Positions 13,987 through 29,385 of a DNA stretch of 64,000 bases are shown here, piece by piece. The notes beneath the pieces are model-generated. The model was not told the origin of the DNA. It ran no database searches and saw only the letters and a list, made by a program, of their open reading frames with translations. Source of the stretch: the human T2T-CHM13v2.0 reference genome, Homo sapiens; NCBI RefSeq assembly GCF_009914755.1, contig NC_060940.1; one strand, given 5' to 3'. The translations under genes were made by a program, and so were the position numbers. The stretch's first letter is position 1; the number at the start of each line of letters is the position of its first letter.

Positions 13987-14206
13987 GCTCTATGAGATCT
14001 TCTCCAAGGTGTTTCTGCATCTGGATGTTTTATAAGGGTGGCCCAAGAACAGGTCATTCTGCTTTGTTGGGCTTATGGCTCGGTTTCCTAAGAAGGGAGG
14101 GAAGTGAGGGAACAGCTGGGAATCCTTCAGGACCGGGAGACTCTCCAGCGCAAACAGGAGGTCTTGGCAATCTCCTCCAAGGCAGGGATGGATGGGGGAA
14201 ATCTTT

Positions 14207-14537
14207 TTATTTTTATAGGTTTAGGGGGTACACGTGTCATTTGGTTCCATGGATTTATTGCATAGTGGTGAAATATGGGCTTTTAGTGTAGCCATCACCC
14301 AAAGAATGTTCATTGTACTCATTGCAAAAGAAATCACTATGTAAAAAAGATACCTGCACTGGTACGTTGATCTCAGCACTATTCATAATAGCAGATATAA
14401 AATTAGCCTAAGTGTCCATCAGCGATGCTTAGATAAAGAAAATGTGGTGTGTATACATATACAATGGAATACTACTCAGCCATAGAAAAGAGTGACATCA
14501 TGTCTTTTGCAGCAACATGGGTGGAATTGGAGGACCT
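14207..14537 (-). mobile_element. L1MA insertion with 5' inversion
   Basis: Antisense 3' tail (14207-14323) joined to a sense ORF2-end piece (14324-14537); TSD gggaaatcttt at 14196-14206 and 14538-14548. Confidence 0.88.
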
Positions 14538-14819
14538 GGGAAATCTTTGAACCCCTGAGCTCCTGGTCTGAGCATAGGAGTCTTTGTGGAGGACAGTGAG
14601 AACGACTTTGAGAGCCCAGGAAGTTACTTATGCCAAGGAATGTGCTAAGCCCAGCAGAAAGGCAGGCCTCCCACTATGTAGATGGGAACCCTCTTTGGGA
14701 GGCTAATGTCCATGATTTCTCTGAGACTCCAATACTGAGGGGCTTGCTGGGGCATGGCAGAGGCTGCCTGACTAGGGAGGGAGTGGAGGAGATAGGAAGA
14801 GGAGATAGGATGAGGAGAT

Positions 14820-15760
<941 letters not shown>

Positions 15761-15975
15761 TTGGATTGTGTGTTCAGTGGTGGCAGGAATCCAGAGGTGA
15801 TTCTGGAGCATGAGGGAGACTTATCATGACAGCGCCTGTGCTTTATCACAGGGAAGTGTCATTCCCGGCAAGGTGAGCCCCAGGCTTTGCAAGAGTGGGG
15901 TCTGGTTCTGTCACTTAGGGGCTGGTGTCCTTGGACAAGTCCTTTCACCTTGCTGAGTCTTAGTTTTCTCATTTC

Positions 15976-16570
15976 TTTTCTTTTTTAAATTATTTATTTC
16001 TGATTGTGGTAAAATATACAGAACAGAAAATTTACCATTTTAATGATGTTTAAAGTGTGCAGTTTTTGCACGTTAACATTAAATACATTCACATCGTTGT
16101 GCAACCTATCTCCAGAACTCTTTTCGTCTTGCAAAACTGCAACTCTGCACCCATCACACACAAACTCCCTATTCTCTCTTCCCTCAGCCCCTGGCAACCT
16201 CCATCCCACTTTCTGTCTCTTGAAAATGATTGCTCTATGCATCTCACACAGTCTTCAAGGGCCTATCTGCTGCCCTAACAGATGAGTCTCTGAGTTGATT
16301 CTCTTTCTCTCACTTGCTTACTCCACTCAAGTCACTATGAGGTATTCCTACAGTATCATCTGTCACTTTGTGATTGTTTAATTCAGCGTAAATCCTCAAG
16401 GTCCACCTATGTCGAAGCATATGTCAGAGCATCCTTCCTTTTCAAGGCTGAGTAATATTCCATTGCATGGATAGACCACTTCATGTTTATCCATTTTCCT
16501 ATCGATGGCCACTTGGATTGTTTCCACCTTTTGGCTGTTGGGAAAACTGCTGCAACATGGTATATATGCA
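15976..16570 (-). mobile_element. L1MB 3' end within a MIR, carrying a templated insert at 16242-16339
   Basis: ttgtggtaaaatatacagaacagaaaatttaccatt...ttcaaggctgagtaatattccattg; MIR halves at ~15900-15975 and ~16575-16700. Confidence 0.85.
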
Positions 16571-17519
16571 AGTTAAAGACAGGAGTGAGAACATTCACCT
16601 ACTTGATACAACTGTGGTGAGGATTAGGTGAAACAATTCACACAAAGTGCTGAGCACAGGGCCTGGCACATGTAAGTGCTGGGTGAACACCTTTCAACAA
16701 TGATGCAATGACCATGGAGCCCTTATTATGAACGGGATCTGTAAGCCAAGCATTTGATAGAAAAATGTCACAGGATGGGGAGCTCAAAGAGAGGGCAAAG
16801 AGAGTTTTGTTTTTTTAATATAAACGGTAATGTGACCCTAATTTTTAAAATTTAGAAAATCGAGAAGAAAAAAACTTCACCCATAATCTGGCCTCTTTAA
16901 CTGAGTTTCAATTTCCGTCTACTTCAGAAGGATTAACCAGACCTTCTGGTTTCAGAAGAACAGAGGAAAACTGGAAGGACCTGGGGTGTGGGGGCTGGCT
17001 GGGGGTGATGAGGAAACACTGCAGAAGGCTCTCCTGCCAGAGGAATCATGTCCCTGTTTTGCTTTGGAAACCCCGGGGCCCGACTGGTTCAGCCAAGAGG
17101 GGTCTGCATTTTTTGGCTTCAGCACTGAGAGAGAGAGAGGAATCAAAAAAAGGAAGTATCATTTCCTTAACTACTAGGTATTAATATCCTGTTTAATTTA
17201 ATTTCGGCTTTCTGCGCCGGTGAGCTCTTTTCCCTCTAACATACAGTGTCAGCTTGGCAGGGAGTTTCTGACAGTATCAAAAGAGGATTTAGCTCTGAAC
17301 CCTTGCCATGAAAGTGTCTCTATCTGCGCACAGAAGAGAGCATTGTGTCCTGCGAAGACGGTAATTGACTGAATGAGGCCTGGCACCTGGGCCTGCCGTG
17401 GAGCCCTGATAAGGACATAAAGACAGGCTTAAAGGGCTTGCTTGCCAGAGGCAGAGACGCTCACACATCCCTGGAAGGAGGGAAGCCCAGCCATCCCTGC
17501 CATCCCAGAGGAGAGCTGA

Positions 17520-18167
<648 letters not shown>

Positions 18168-18544
18168 TTAAGCCCCCTATTTTTTGATAAACACACCCTA
18201 TTCTTATTTGGCTGGCCCCCATCTAGCAAGATCTAGCCTCCATTGTCTGGACTTGTTTGTCTTTAGTCTTCTTGTCTTGAGCTACACAGCCACTGTAGAA
18301 ATTAATCAGGATCCTTGTGAGTCTGTGTGGTTCATTTCCCTAGTGATTTCAAGATGCTCTGTGCTCTGGGAGGCCCTTGCTCAGGCCTCACAACCTTGAA
18401 CAGGATTGTCCATCTCTCTGAGAACTCTGGGTTGATCACATCGCTTCTTCCCACCTTTCAAGAGAAACAAATACTTTCTGGTTCTTCCTCTGTAAACTGG
18501 TGGCAATTTCGCCCGTAAGTGACCACAGGGTCATTGCCCACACA

Positions 18545-18690
18545 CCCATCCATCCATCCATCAATGAATCTATCCATTCACCCATTCATTCATCAGTATA
18601 TTCATCCATTCATCTATCCATCCATTCATTCATCCATTTATCCATTCACCCATTCATTCACCAGTCTATCCAGCCAGCCAGCCAGCCAAC
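18545..18690. repeat. (CCAT/TCAT)n degenerate repeat ending in (CCAG)n
   Basis: Direct inspection. Confidence 0.9.
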
Positions 18691-18830
18691 TTTGGAGAGC
18701 TTATTATACTTCACATAGAGGTGGACAGTATCTTTAATAGACTTTTAATGGTGAGAGCTGTTGAAGCCTGAATTCCTAACTGTGTGACCTTGGCTAAGTC
18801 ACTGGCTTAGAGTTTGCCATAATTAGAGCC

Positions 18831-19215
18831 TGCATTAGTCAGAGGCAGGCTAACTTTTAAAAGATAGCTCCTAATATCAGTGGCTTAACATAATATACAT
18901 TTATTTCTAATTCATGATCCAAAACAGATGTTTTTGATTAATGCACGTCATTACTCCATGCAGTGACTCAGAGATCCAAATTCCTTCGATGCTGAAACTC
19001 AGCCCTTCTCTAGTCAAAGGAGTCTTTTCATTCTGCTGGTGCATTGAGTAAAAGTGAGGATTAGCTATGGGAGGCCTAGACATGGTGCACATTCACTTCT
19101 GCTCACCTTCCATTGGCCAGAACTCAGTCAGGCCACATATGACTGTAAGGGTGGCTGTGTACCCACGAAGAGGAGGAGAGTGTGGACATTGGTGGGTGCC
19201 AGCTGTCTCTGCCAC
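18831..19215 (-). mobile_element. MLT1K/L-type MaLR LTR
   Basis: tcagtggcttaac...cattggccagaactcagtca...tctctgccac. Confidence 0.7.
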
Positions 19216-19746
19216 TGGGCTTCCAGACGGCTTTTAATCACAAAGAAACAGTAAAATGTTAGAGACCAAGAGAAAGAGGTTAAAAGGCTTTCAGATATCC
19301 TTTATTCCCTAAGCAGAAAGTTAGGTGTTATCTACATTGCCTCTGACTGCTGCCAATACAGGGAGATTCCTCAACTGTCCAAAAAGCTTGAGGAATCGCA
19401 GCTGGTGGAGTCAGGAGTGGATAGCAGAGTTTTTCTGGAACCTGAACCCAGAATACAATATGACCAGAATACTACTCCAAAATGGAGATGGGGAGGTCAG
19501 GTTCTGACCTCTTTAAATTTTTGACATTGGGAGGAAATGAAAGGCCCACAATACAACCTGATCATAATCTTCTGTTATCTTGTGTAGAATTCTGATGGAC
19601 AAGATTACACCTATTCTTTCCTAGAAACACATAAAAGTGTATATTTCAAAATCACCACCACCACCACCATCATCATCATCAGATTTACTGAGTGTTTACT
19701 ATGTGCCAGGAACTGTTCTAAGAGTTTTATATAATTATCTCATTTA

Positions 19747-20050
<304 letters not shown>

Positions 20051-20282
20051 TTACTCCTTGCAACAACTTTAGCAGGCAAGTATAATTATTATTCCATTTA
20101 AGGAAATTTGCAACAGGAAGACTCTGCTCTAGGTCCTGCAGCTCCTAACTGGGAGGACAAGCAAGAAAGATCTTGGTGATCTTACTTGAGCCCAATAGTG
20201 TCATGAGTGCCATGGGTGCCTCGGGCCCAGTGCTGGAGGTTCCCCTTAGGGTCTTTTTTATGGCCTTTTAAACTCTGTGTGT

Positions 20283-20660
20283 CACTCATGTAACAAATCT
20301 ACACACATACCCCTGAATCTGAAATAAAACCTAAAATTGTTAAGAAATTAAAATAATAAAAGTATTCAGATAGAAAAGACAAATTACTTACAAAGAATAA
20401 CAGGTGGGTTGACAATAGCAATAGCAATAAGAGTTGCATATTGTAGCAATAAGAATAGTAATCAGAATCCAGAAAATAGTAGAATAATATCCTCAAAGTT
20501 CTGGGAGAAAATAACCGCTCATCTAAACACATAACAAGCTAAATCGTCTTTTAAGAATGAGAATGAAGCAAAGACATTTTTAGGAAAACAACAAAGAAAA
20601 TTTTCACCTTTCTCTCAACTAAAAACTTCTAAAGGTTATACTTCAAAAAGAGAGACTATG
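20283..20660 (+). mobile_element. L1PB/MA-like tail followed by a degenerate L1M ORF1-like remnant
   Basis: catgtaacaaatctacacacatacccctgaatctgaaataaaa; then aatatcctcaaagttctgggagaaaataa...aagacattttt. Confidence 0.55.
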
Positions 20661-20860
20661 AGATATGCAGGGAGGGGTGGTTTCAGAAATATTTGAATTT
20701 TTAAATTTATTTGTCCATCTTTTCCAACATATTTATGCATATATGAATTAATACAGTATTTGCCTTTCTTGTTTCACAATTAGCAGCGTACTATATATAC
20801 TCATCGTCACCTTGTTTGGTTGCTGTTGCTTATTAACATTACAGCCTGGCAATATTTTCA

Positions 20861-21286
<426 letters not shown>

Positions 21287-23596
21287 TCACTGTCCTGTCT
21301 TTTGGGGTAGCTCTATTGAAGGGATCATATGAAAATGTGTTCGGAAGCATTTGTCCCAATAGATGATGTCCCAAATGTGTAGAATCATCGCTTTGGATTT
21401 ACTATCATTTGTTTGCAGGACTGCTTCTGCCCCTGGCCTCAAAATTGCTAAAAGGCATCAAGTGAGTTATTCAGCAAAGAGCTTATGACAGAACATGGTG
21501 TTCAAATGAAGTCCTTGCCCTTGGAATATTAACCTCGGGAGGCTGGGGTGAGCTAGGAAGTTCAGAGCCTTCCCCTCGGTCTTTGGCAGCCTGCTCAGCT
21601 GTGTGTGTTTTTCCAGCTCGAGGAGAGACAAGCCTCATCTCCACACTCCAGATGTTCCCAGCCCTGCAGAGCCGTCATCACCTAAGCCAGCTGTCGGGCA
21701 CTGACTCTCTGGGCTACATTCTCCCGTGGGTTCTCTTTAACCCGCTTGGTTTCACCGCAGGGGAATGCTGAAGAGACACAAGTGTTTTTGTTTTCTCTCT
21801 TAAAAAATACAGAAACTGTAATCTGTTTTACATCTGGGTCTGACTGCAGACAAGCAAGAGCGGGCGGAATGGAGTGATGGGCAATCCAGCTGCAAGAAGA
21901 GGTGCATACCCCTCTGTAGACAGCACATCTGTGCAGGTGTCTAACAGCCGCCTCATGGAAGGAGTCATGGAAGACGTTAGGCCCCTCCAGTTGGGGTAAG
22001 GGGATGGGTTGCTTTTCTTTTTCAGTGATGCTGGAACCTTTTCTCTTGGAGCATATCTGGTTCTGTCTAGGTTCTCTGGAAACAGAAGAAACAGCCGGAT
22101 GTTTGAGGGAAAATGTCTAATGTGCTTAACATCTTTATAAAGCCGGTTCACATTTAGAGAAATGATTTATCTGAATTGATTCTCCCAAACCAGCTCTATT
22201 CTCCCTGTGCAAAGGGGCTTTCTTGAAACTCCCAAATGTTTATAGGATGGATGAAACAAACTTGAGGTCCTAAAGTGCAGCTGCTATTTAAATATAAGCG
22301 TCTAGGGCCCAGGCAGCTGATTATTGATGGGTGTTGAGTGCCACATTGCAAAGTGCGCAGCCGGCCTGCCTTAAATAACTCTAACTAGGCCCAAACAGTC
22401 CTGAAGAGGTTTCTAGAATTAGGTCACAGCCTGGAAAAAGCAGAGAAAGTCTGGAAAAATCCTAGGAGGATTTAAACAGTTTTTTCCTTTTGTTTCAATC
22501 TATCAGATCAAGCAACTGATGCAAGCTTTGGACCAAATGAAACATTTCAAGAACTCAGATTGTAAAATCACAATCAGCTGGAGGAATTCGGATCTGCATC
22601 TGGCCCAGAAGAACATTTTTGAGGATCTTTTGAAAGTATCACTAAGAGCAAGGCTGGTGAATTGAATTACTGCCATTATTCCCCAAGGAAAGAAGGATTC
22701 ATTTCATTCCTAACTGCAAGGCATTCAGCAGGTTAACTGGCAAGTGGAAAAGAGCCTAACCAAATTATCCCTTGGGACCATCAAAACATTTAATAAACCA
22801 AGACACAAATGCCTCCCAAAAATTCCATCTGCAAGAAACATTTTCTGCATCAAGAAGCACAAAGGAGATAAGTGTTCTATTCATCCACGCAGGCAACGCT
22901 GTCACCCAGGAAGTGTTGCTCAGGGGGCCTTACTCCACAGCTGGCCTCCGATGTGTAGGCAGGCCTGGAACAGAATCAATTGCAAAAAAAAAAAAAAAAA
23001 AAACAGAAAAAAAAAAGAAAAAAAACAGCATCGTCTGTGGGATTCTCCCTCAATGTCTGTTCCGTGAAAGATGCATTTTGTCCTCTGGAGCCTGGTGTTG
23101 GAAATAAACTTGGCTGCACAGGTAAACTCTTAAGAGGCTGGCTAATGCCAGGTGATACTCTCAGCTTGTGAAATCTCAGCCTTTTACTTGGTCATATTTT
23201 CAAAAGAGAAGACAGCTAATGGGAGTAAGTTCCTTACATTAAAAACATACTTCCAGTTAACAGCACCAAACCACTTAAGTTGGAAGCAGACCAATTATTA
23301 ATTAGATGAATGGCCTTTTATAAATCCCTCTGCAGGCTCAGGACAACTGATGGGTTTATGGTCCATGCATTAGAGAACATGGTTCCTCCATGGTTATAAT
23401 TATCTATAGTTGCTGGCAATTGGGGGTTATTGCACCAAAATCAGATGCCCCATGAACATGCTGGCCTGAGCTACCATGGGGTGATGGGGAGAAAGCTGAA
23501 ATAGCAGAGGATGGTTTATTCTGTTGTCCTTCTTAAGCTGTTTGATCTTGGGACAATTCCTAGAGGTTTTTTTCTTGGTTTCCTCATCTGAATGTG

Positions 23597-23850
23597 AATG
23601 TAATTGATATCTCTAGTTTTTCTCTGCCCGGCATCCATTCCCCCTTTCTTTTGATAGCAATCTCTTGGTTTCCATGGAGAAACCATCCCTTCTCCACTCC
23701 CAGTGCATTTGGTTTGGGGGAACTGGCTGCACTCTTAGCTCTAGGGATGGGCATGTGGCCCAAGCCTGGCCAATCAGAACACTGCATCCTTCTAATCCCA
23801 GCGATTGGTTCAGATCTAATCAGAAACAAAGAAAGTCAATTTCCTGGCAC
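23597..23850 (+). mobile_element. ERVL LTR remnant (LTR33/LTR16-like)
   Basis: gggatgggcatgtggcccaagcctggccaatcagaacac...gattggttcag. Confidence 0.6.
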
Positions 23851-24112
23851 CACATAAACAACCATTGTTCACGGAGACCAGATCTGACATGTTTTGACTC
23901 CGGCGCTCAGCTTCGTTCAAGTCTGTGAATGTTTGTAAGTTGAAAGTTTGGGGAGTTCATACGTTTTCTGTAATTCTTTTAAAAATATTTGGAAGACTGT
24001 AAAAGAAATCCCTTGCTTTTATAATGCAAACTACAGAAAGTAGAGCCACACAAGATCTTGGTTGGTGGGGTTGAGAAACACTGATTTAATGGAGAATCCC
24101 CTGGACATGGAG

Positions 24113-24542
24113 ACATTAGTCAAGAGTATAACTACTGCTGGAAAGTATAGCTCACCATGCTCAGTGGCTTCAGATGCACACAAAGTTTAGTTTTCCTTCA
24201 TGTCACCGTCCTGCTGACAGTGGGTAGGAGGGACTCTGCTCCCCCAGACATTCAGTGTCAGGTTCCTTCCATCTGGTGGCTCCAGCATCCCCTGTACCTG
24301 CTGAGCTCCCACTGGATCTTTGCAGTCTGACAGCAGGTGGCAGGAAGAGAATGCTGGGGTATTGTGCTGAGGTTTGATGGGAAGACTGGCAGCGATGCAT
24401 TTATTCTGCCTACGTGCCATTGGTCAGAACACAGTCACATGGCCCCCTAACTGCAAGGGATGCTGGGAAATGTAGTCTAGCTGGGTGCCCAGGAGGAAAA
24501 GGGGAAAGTATAGGTGGACAGCAACCAGATCGCCTCTGCCCT
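24113..24542 (-). mobile_element. MLT1K-type MaLR LTR
   Basis: cattggtcagaacacagtcacatggcc...ctgcaagggatgctgggaaatgtagtctagctgggtgcccagg. Confidence 0.75.
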
Positions 24543-24672
24543 GCCATGGTAACACAATTACAACTTGGTGGTTAAGTCAAAAGCATGCTTTATTTTTGTG
24601 ACTATGGATACCACAGGTGTGCTGTCTTTTGGGGATAGATGATATAGAAGAAAATAACAAAAACTCAAATCT

Positions 24673-24948
24673 GGCTGGGCCTGATGGCTCATGCCTGCAA
24701 TCCCTGAACTTTTGGAAGTCAAGGCGGGAGGATCACTTGAGCCCAGGAGTTTGAGACCAGCCTGGAAAACATGGCAAAACCCTATCTCTACAAAAAGTAC
24801 AAAAATTAGCCACTCACGAGGGTCCACTTGTAGCCCCAGCTACTCGGGAGACTGAGGTGGGAGTTTAGGGTTGCAGTGAGCCATGATTACACCACTGCAC
24901 TCCAGCCTGGGTGACAGTGAGATCCTGTCTCAAAATAAATAAATAAAT
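24673..24948 (+). mobile_element. AluJ with a small right-arm deletion
   Basis: Dimer with aaaactcaaa duplicated on both sides. Confidence 0.93.
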
Positions 24949-25744
24949 AAAACTCAAAGCCAGCCATTTCTGGTGTATTCTGCCTCTATAGGATGGAAAT
25001 TATTTAGACATAACAAGCTTCTTGTTTATCATTTAATGTCACCTTCGTCTTAAGTGATTTATTTGATGTTAGGAAACAGAGTTGAAGGGTCCAGTGTTGC
25101 TCTAGTCAGAACTGGGTTTTCCTATAACCAGGCATAAATCTAGTATCCTATCTGGTTATTTGTTTGTGACTGTCTCAAAATCTAGTCCCCAAGAAAGCTG
25201 AAGTTTTAAATATATCAAATCATCTTAAGGCTCCACACTCGTCCTATGGGTGACATTATACGTGTTCATGAGAAAATCATTTCAAGGGCTACAAATGAGT
25301 CCTTTAGTAATACCCAGGAGTCATAATGTCTGTGACATAATGAACCTTCCTAAATTACAACCTACAATAATTAGATCACTTATTGCTGCATTCCAGGCCC
25401 TGAAACAATTTGCTTAAAGTGATAGTTACGTCTAATGAAAAGATACATAACGGAAAATGTCAGCAACCTTTTAAATCCTCCACGACTTATCATGAGAACT
25501 GTCTTGTGCAAAGTGCCCATGGAGAAACATCTGTGTCACCATCTCCTCCTAAATTAGGTGAGCATTTTATGGCCGCTTGGAAATGGAGAGAATTCCCTAG
25601 GGTGGTAAGAAGATTAGGTAAGGGTTAGCTGCCTCTTTCAGCCTTTTTCCTACCCTGTTCCACCTCTGCCTCTCTCTCTCCCTTCCCCAGCATTCACTGT
25701 GGCTGAAATGCCTCCAGAATCTTAACTAAAAAGATCTACGGTTG

Positions 25745-25918
25745 GGCTGGGTGCTGTGGCTCATGCCTGCAATCCCAGCACTTTGGGAGGCCAAGGCAGG
25801 AGGATTGCTTGAGCCCAGGAGATTGAGGCTGCAGCGAGCTATGATCATGCCACTGCACTGCAGCCTGGGTGACAGAGCAAGACCCTTGTCTCTTAAAAAA
25901 GAAAAGAAAAGAAAAATA
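25745..25918 (+). mobile_element. FRAM-like Alu monomer
   Basis: Left-arm-type start running into a right-arm-type end, one monomer long. Confidence 0.85.
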
Positions 25919-26139
25919 GATGGGATGGTTATCAGCTTCTCGTGAGGTGGGGTTTCCTTGAACTCCTGGAGTCCCTGGCCACGTGGCAGATGGGAGGTTC
26001 CTAATCTCCCTCCAAGCCCTTTCCAAGTGGGCATACTTCATAGCCACCTCTCTGATGAGGCTGGAGGGGGTGCTCCATTCTGGGGGCTGGTGGAGAACGT
26101 TGTCTGGAGATGGCTGGCTATGTCTAGCAGTCATGCCCT

Positions 26140-26590
26140 CAGCAGGAGACAGGATCATTCGAGGAGGACTTCAAAAGGCACTGTTTACGGAGATGTGGGC
26201 AGGAGGCAGGGAAACCAATGACAGTGGAACCGTTGCTCCCCTCTAGACCTAAAGCCACAAGGGGAGGGAGCAGTTATCAGAATCCAGAAGAGACAGGCGG
26301 ATAGAGGGGGCCACCTAGAGCCATCTGCTAAAGCCACAGCCTGTCCTAGGTGCCCCAGAGGGAGGGAGCCCGGGAATAGACACCCGCTGGCTTTCCTCCT
26401 TCCTCTCTGCCTCCCTCTACTCTCTTATCAGGGCTCCCTGCTGGCTCTCCTGTAAGCTGTGTGGGGAGATGGGGTGGGAGGAGGCATGGGAACTCTGATT
26501 CTTTCCAGGGATCAGCCTCCTGGGCCACGGAGCAGGGGGAGAAGAGGGGAGAGCAGATCTGGGGCAAGGGACACACAGATGTCTCCAGGT
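26140..26590 (-). mobile_element. Old ERVL LTR remnant (LTR40/LTR16-like)
   Basis: gggagggagcccgggaatagacaccc...cagggctccc...gcagatctgggg resembles these families. Confidence 0.4.
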
Positions 26591-26872
26591 CAGGTTCTGC
26601 CTAGAGTCCTGTTTGGGAAACCATCTTCCCTGCCTGCCACAACTCTGACTTCTCCTCCATGCCCTAGGTCCCCGGGCTGTCACGCTCCTCTGGGTGGGTG
26701 GGAACCAGCCTCTGGGGGCTCCAGCAAGGCCAGCAGCTCACTGACTTGAGGTCCCTGACCCGGGGCTATGTTCCCACCCTCAGCTTTGGCTCTTTCTGGA
26801 GATCAACAGGGCTGCATGTCAGGGGCATCTGATGACAATTTATGGTGCTCCCCTGCCCAGAAGGCAGACAGA

Positions 26873-27177
26873 TTTTGTTTGTTTGTTTTTGTTTTGAGAC
26901 AGAGTCTTGCTCTGTCGCCCAGGCTGGAGTGCAGTGGCATGAGCTCCACTCACTGCAATCTCCATCTCCTGGGTTCACATGATTCTCCTGCGTCAGTCTC
27001 CTGAGTAGCTGGGATTGCAGGCATGCACCACCACAACTGGCGAATTTTTGTATTTTTAGTAGAGACAGAGTTTCACCATGTTGTTCAGGCTGGTCTCCAA
27101 CTCCTGACCTCAGGTGATCCACCCTCCTCAGCCTTCTGAAGTGTTGGGATTACAGGCATGAGCCATGGTGACTGGCT
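26873..27177 (-). mobile_element. AluS
   Basis: Antisense dimer; degenerate TSD gcagMcagaWtt. Confidence 0.96.
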
Positions 27178-27914
27178 TAGCAGCCAGAATTTGAGGCTTC
27201 CTTGACTTTAAGAGCCCACCCTAAAAGTCTGAGGATATACCCTCATGGGAATGAAGGAGTTCCACCATAAAAATAATTGATAACCACAGCCTTCTAGAAA
27301 AGGAGTTCATTCGGCTACACTCCTAGTTCTTGAGAAAAAATAGGAACTGAAAGGAAATTATTATTGTTTAGACCTTCTGGCTTCCAGAAAATTTATTTGA
27401 AAGCACCTAGGGTGGCATCTGGCACATGGTGGGTGCTGAGAATTCGTCAGGGGGATCTGAGTTCAGGGCCTAAAAGCTAGTTCTCGGAGCAAAACCTTCC
27501 TTGACGCCAGCCATCCAGCAGAAAAGAACAGGATCCATTTTGCAGCTAAAAATCATTTATTTGCCTTCAGGCTTAAGCGTCAATAACAATTGTGCCAATA
27601 ATAACAACTCATTTTAATGCAATAGGTAATTTATTGATGTGTTCCCATTGTGAGCCTCAGGACAACTCTGTGAGGGAGCTAGAGATGAGGAACAAGCCTC
27701 GAGAGCCAGAGGCACCAGGGCGCTGGGAGTGCAGCCTGCCCTGCTTGACACGGAAGCTGGTGCTCCAAGCCACCATCCCTGCTTTGCAAGCCTAGCTGGG
27801 GAAAAGAAAAATCCAGAATTATAAGATGTCATCCCTCAAGGGGCCAATGGCCTAGTTGAAGAAACAAGCAAACCCTTAGGGAGGAGTTGCAGATACTGTA
27901 GGACTCAGATGTCA

Positions 27915-28110
27915 GTGTAAATGTGTGTGCGAGTGTGTGATAGTATGTGTATGTGAGAGTGTGTGTGCAAGTATGTGTGTGTGAGAGTGTGTGAGTGTAT
28001 CTGTGTGAGTGTGTGACTGTGTGTGAGAATGTGTGACTGTGAATGTGTGTGTGAGACAGTGTGTAAGTATCCGTGTGTGTGTGAGAGTGTGTGTGCACAC
28101 GTGTGTGTGT
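27915..28110. repeat. Degenerate (TG)n/(TGAG) repeat
   Basis: Direct inspection. Confidence 0.92.
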
Positions 28111-28204
28111 ACAAGTGGGTGGGAGCAGGCTGCCCCGCTGGGAAGAAACAACTACATCTGTTCTCTTTTTCTCCCATCCTCTGTGACTTCACTCAAGATT
28201 CAAA

Positions 28205-28412
28205 GTCCCAGGGAAGATTCTGATTGGTTGATCTGGAGTCATGTACACACCCATTGGGCAGGGAAGGGGTGTGGCAACTTGATTGACTGTCCTTGAAAAC
28301 TACACACAGTGGGGGAGTGTTAGGTAATTCCCCCACACAAATCCAATTACTGTTATGGAAAGAAGATGGAATTTATTAGGGGAGGTTGAAAAATAAGCAA
28401 GCATCCACTATG
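28205..28412 (-). mobile_element. ERVL-type LTR remnant
   Basis: ctgattggttgatctggagtcatgt...gcatccactatg; antisense resemblance to 23597-23850. Confidence 0.45.
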
Positions 28413-29385
28413 CAAGACATTGTCATGCCTGCAGATGTTTACCCCACCCTCTACAGCCCCACAAGCCAGGCAGAGCAGGTGGCATTGGAGAAGTGGAAGC
28501 CGAGAGAGGGAAGTGACTTGCCCAGGTAACACACAGCATTCACCTTACTCCCATGCCACCACCTGCCCCACCTTGCTGTCTCTCAGGCTGCACAGCCTGT
28601 GTGTACCTGCTCTGGCCACCCAAGGCCTGCTTGGCAAGGTAGGGGCTGAGGTGAGCCCAAGACAACAAGGGACATGCCTTACCCACCCCAGGCTGGAGGC
28701 AGAGTGGGCCATGGGGTCAAGGCAAGAAGAAGGCGTTCTTTTTAATAGCTTCCGAACAGGGACAGGCAGTCACCTCCTCCCACCTGGAGACCATGGATCT
28801 CCGCCCAGTGTGGTACCTGCTGTGACTCTTACTTGCTGGAAGAAGAGTCTGGAGATGAGGGCATGGGTGACAGTGGGCTGGGGCTCCAGGTGAGCAGAGC
28901 AGGTTAGGAAGGTCTGGTTCCAGAACCCAGGAGAAGAGCAAAGTTGACCTTCCATCCTGCAAAATTATCAGCAGCTGTGAAATGTTGGCTTCCTAAGACA
29001 GGGAATGAACTTTCCAAAGTCCCTGCCTATCTAAAGCAAATAGCCCTGAGTCGGAACTTCTTCCTTCTCCTGGCTCCAAGGGTGGGTCAGAGGCCAAGAG
29101 AGTTCTGTTCCAATTCTAGTTCTGTCACTGACTAGCCGTAACCTTGCGCTCAACTCCCTGGATCTCATTTGTACAATTGGAAGGTTGAATTAGAAAACAA
29201 TTACAGTTAAAATAATATTAATATTAATGAGTAACACTGCCCTAAGTGCTTGAGGCGGAGAACAGCTACCTGTCCCCCAAAAAGTTGAGCTTTTTCTGCC
29301 ATAGTGTAGAGTTCACCCTGGGAGGCAGTAACCCAGCCAGGGTCTCCATTTCCCAGGCCCTTGTGTACAGGCGCAAAACAGTAGC

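Noticed and set aside
13758-14291. 177-aa ORF
   Set aside because: It runs across MER103 and an antisense L1 tail, starts at a non-ATG codon and has no recognisable domain
28420-28893. 157-aa ORF
   Set aside because: It overlaps a MIR remnant, has no domain similarity I recognise and has no supportable splice structure
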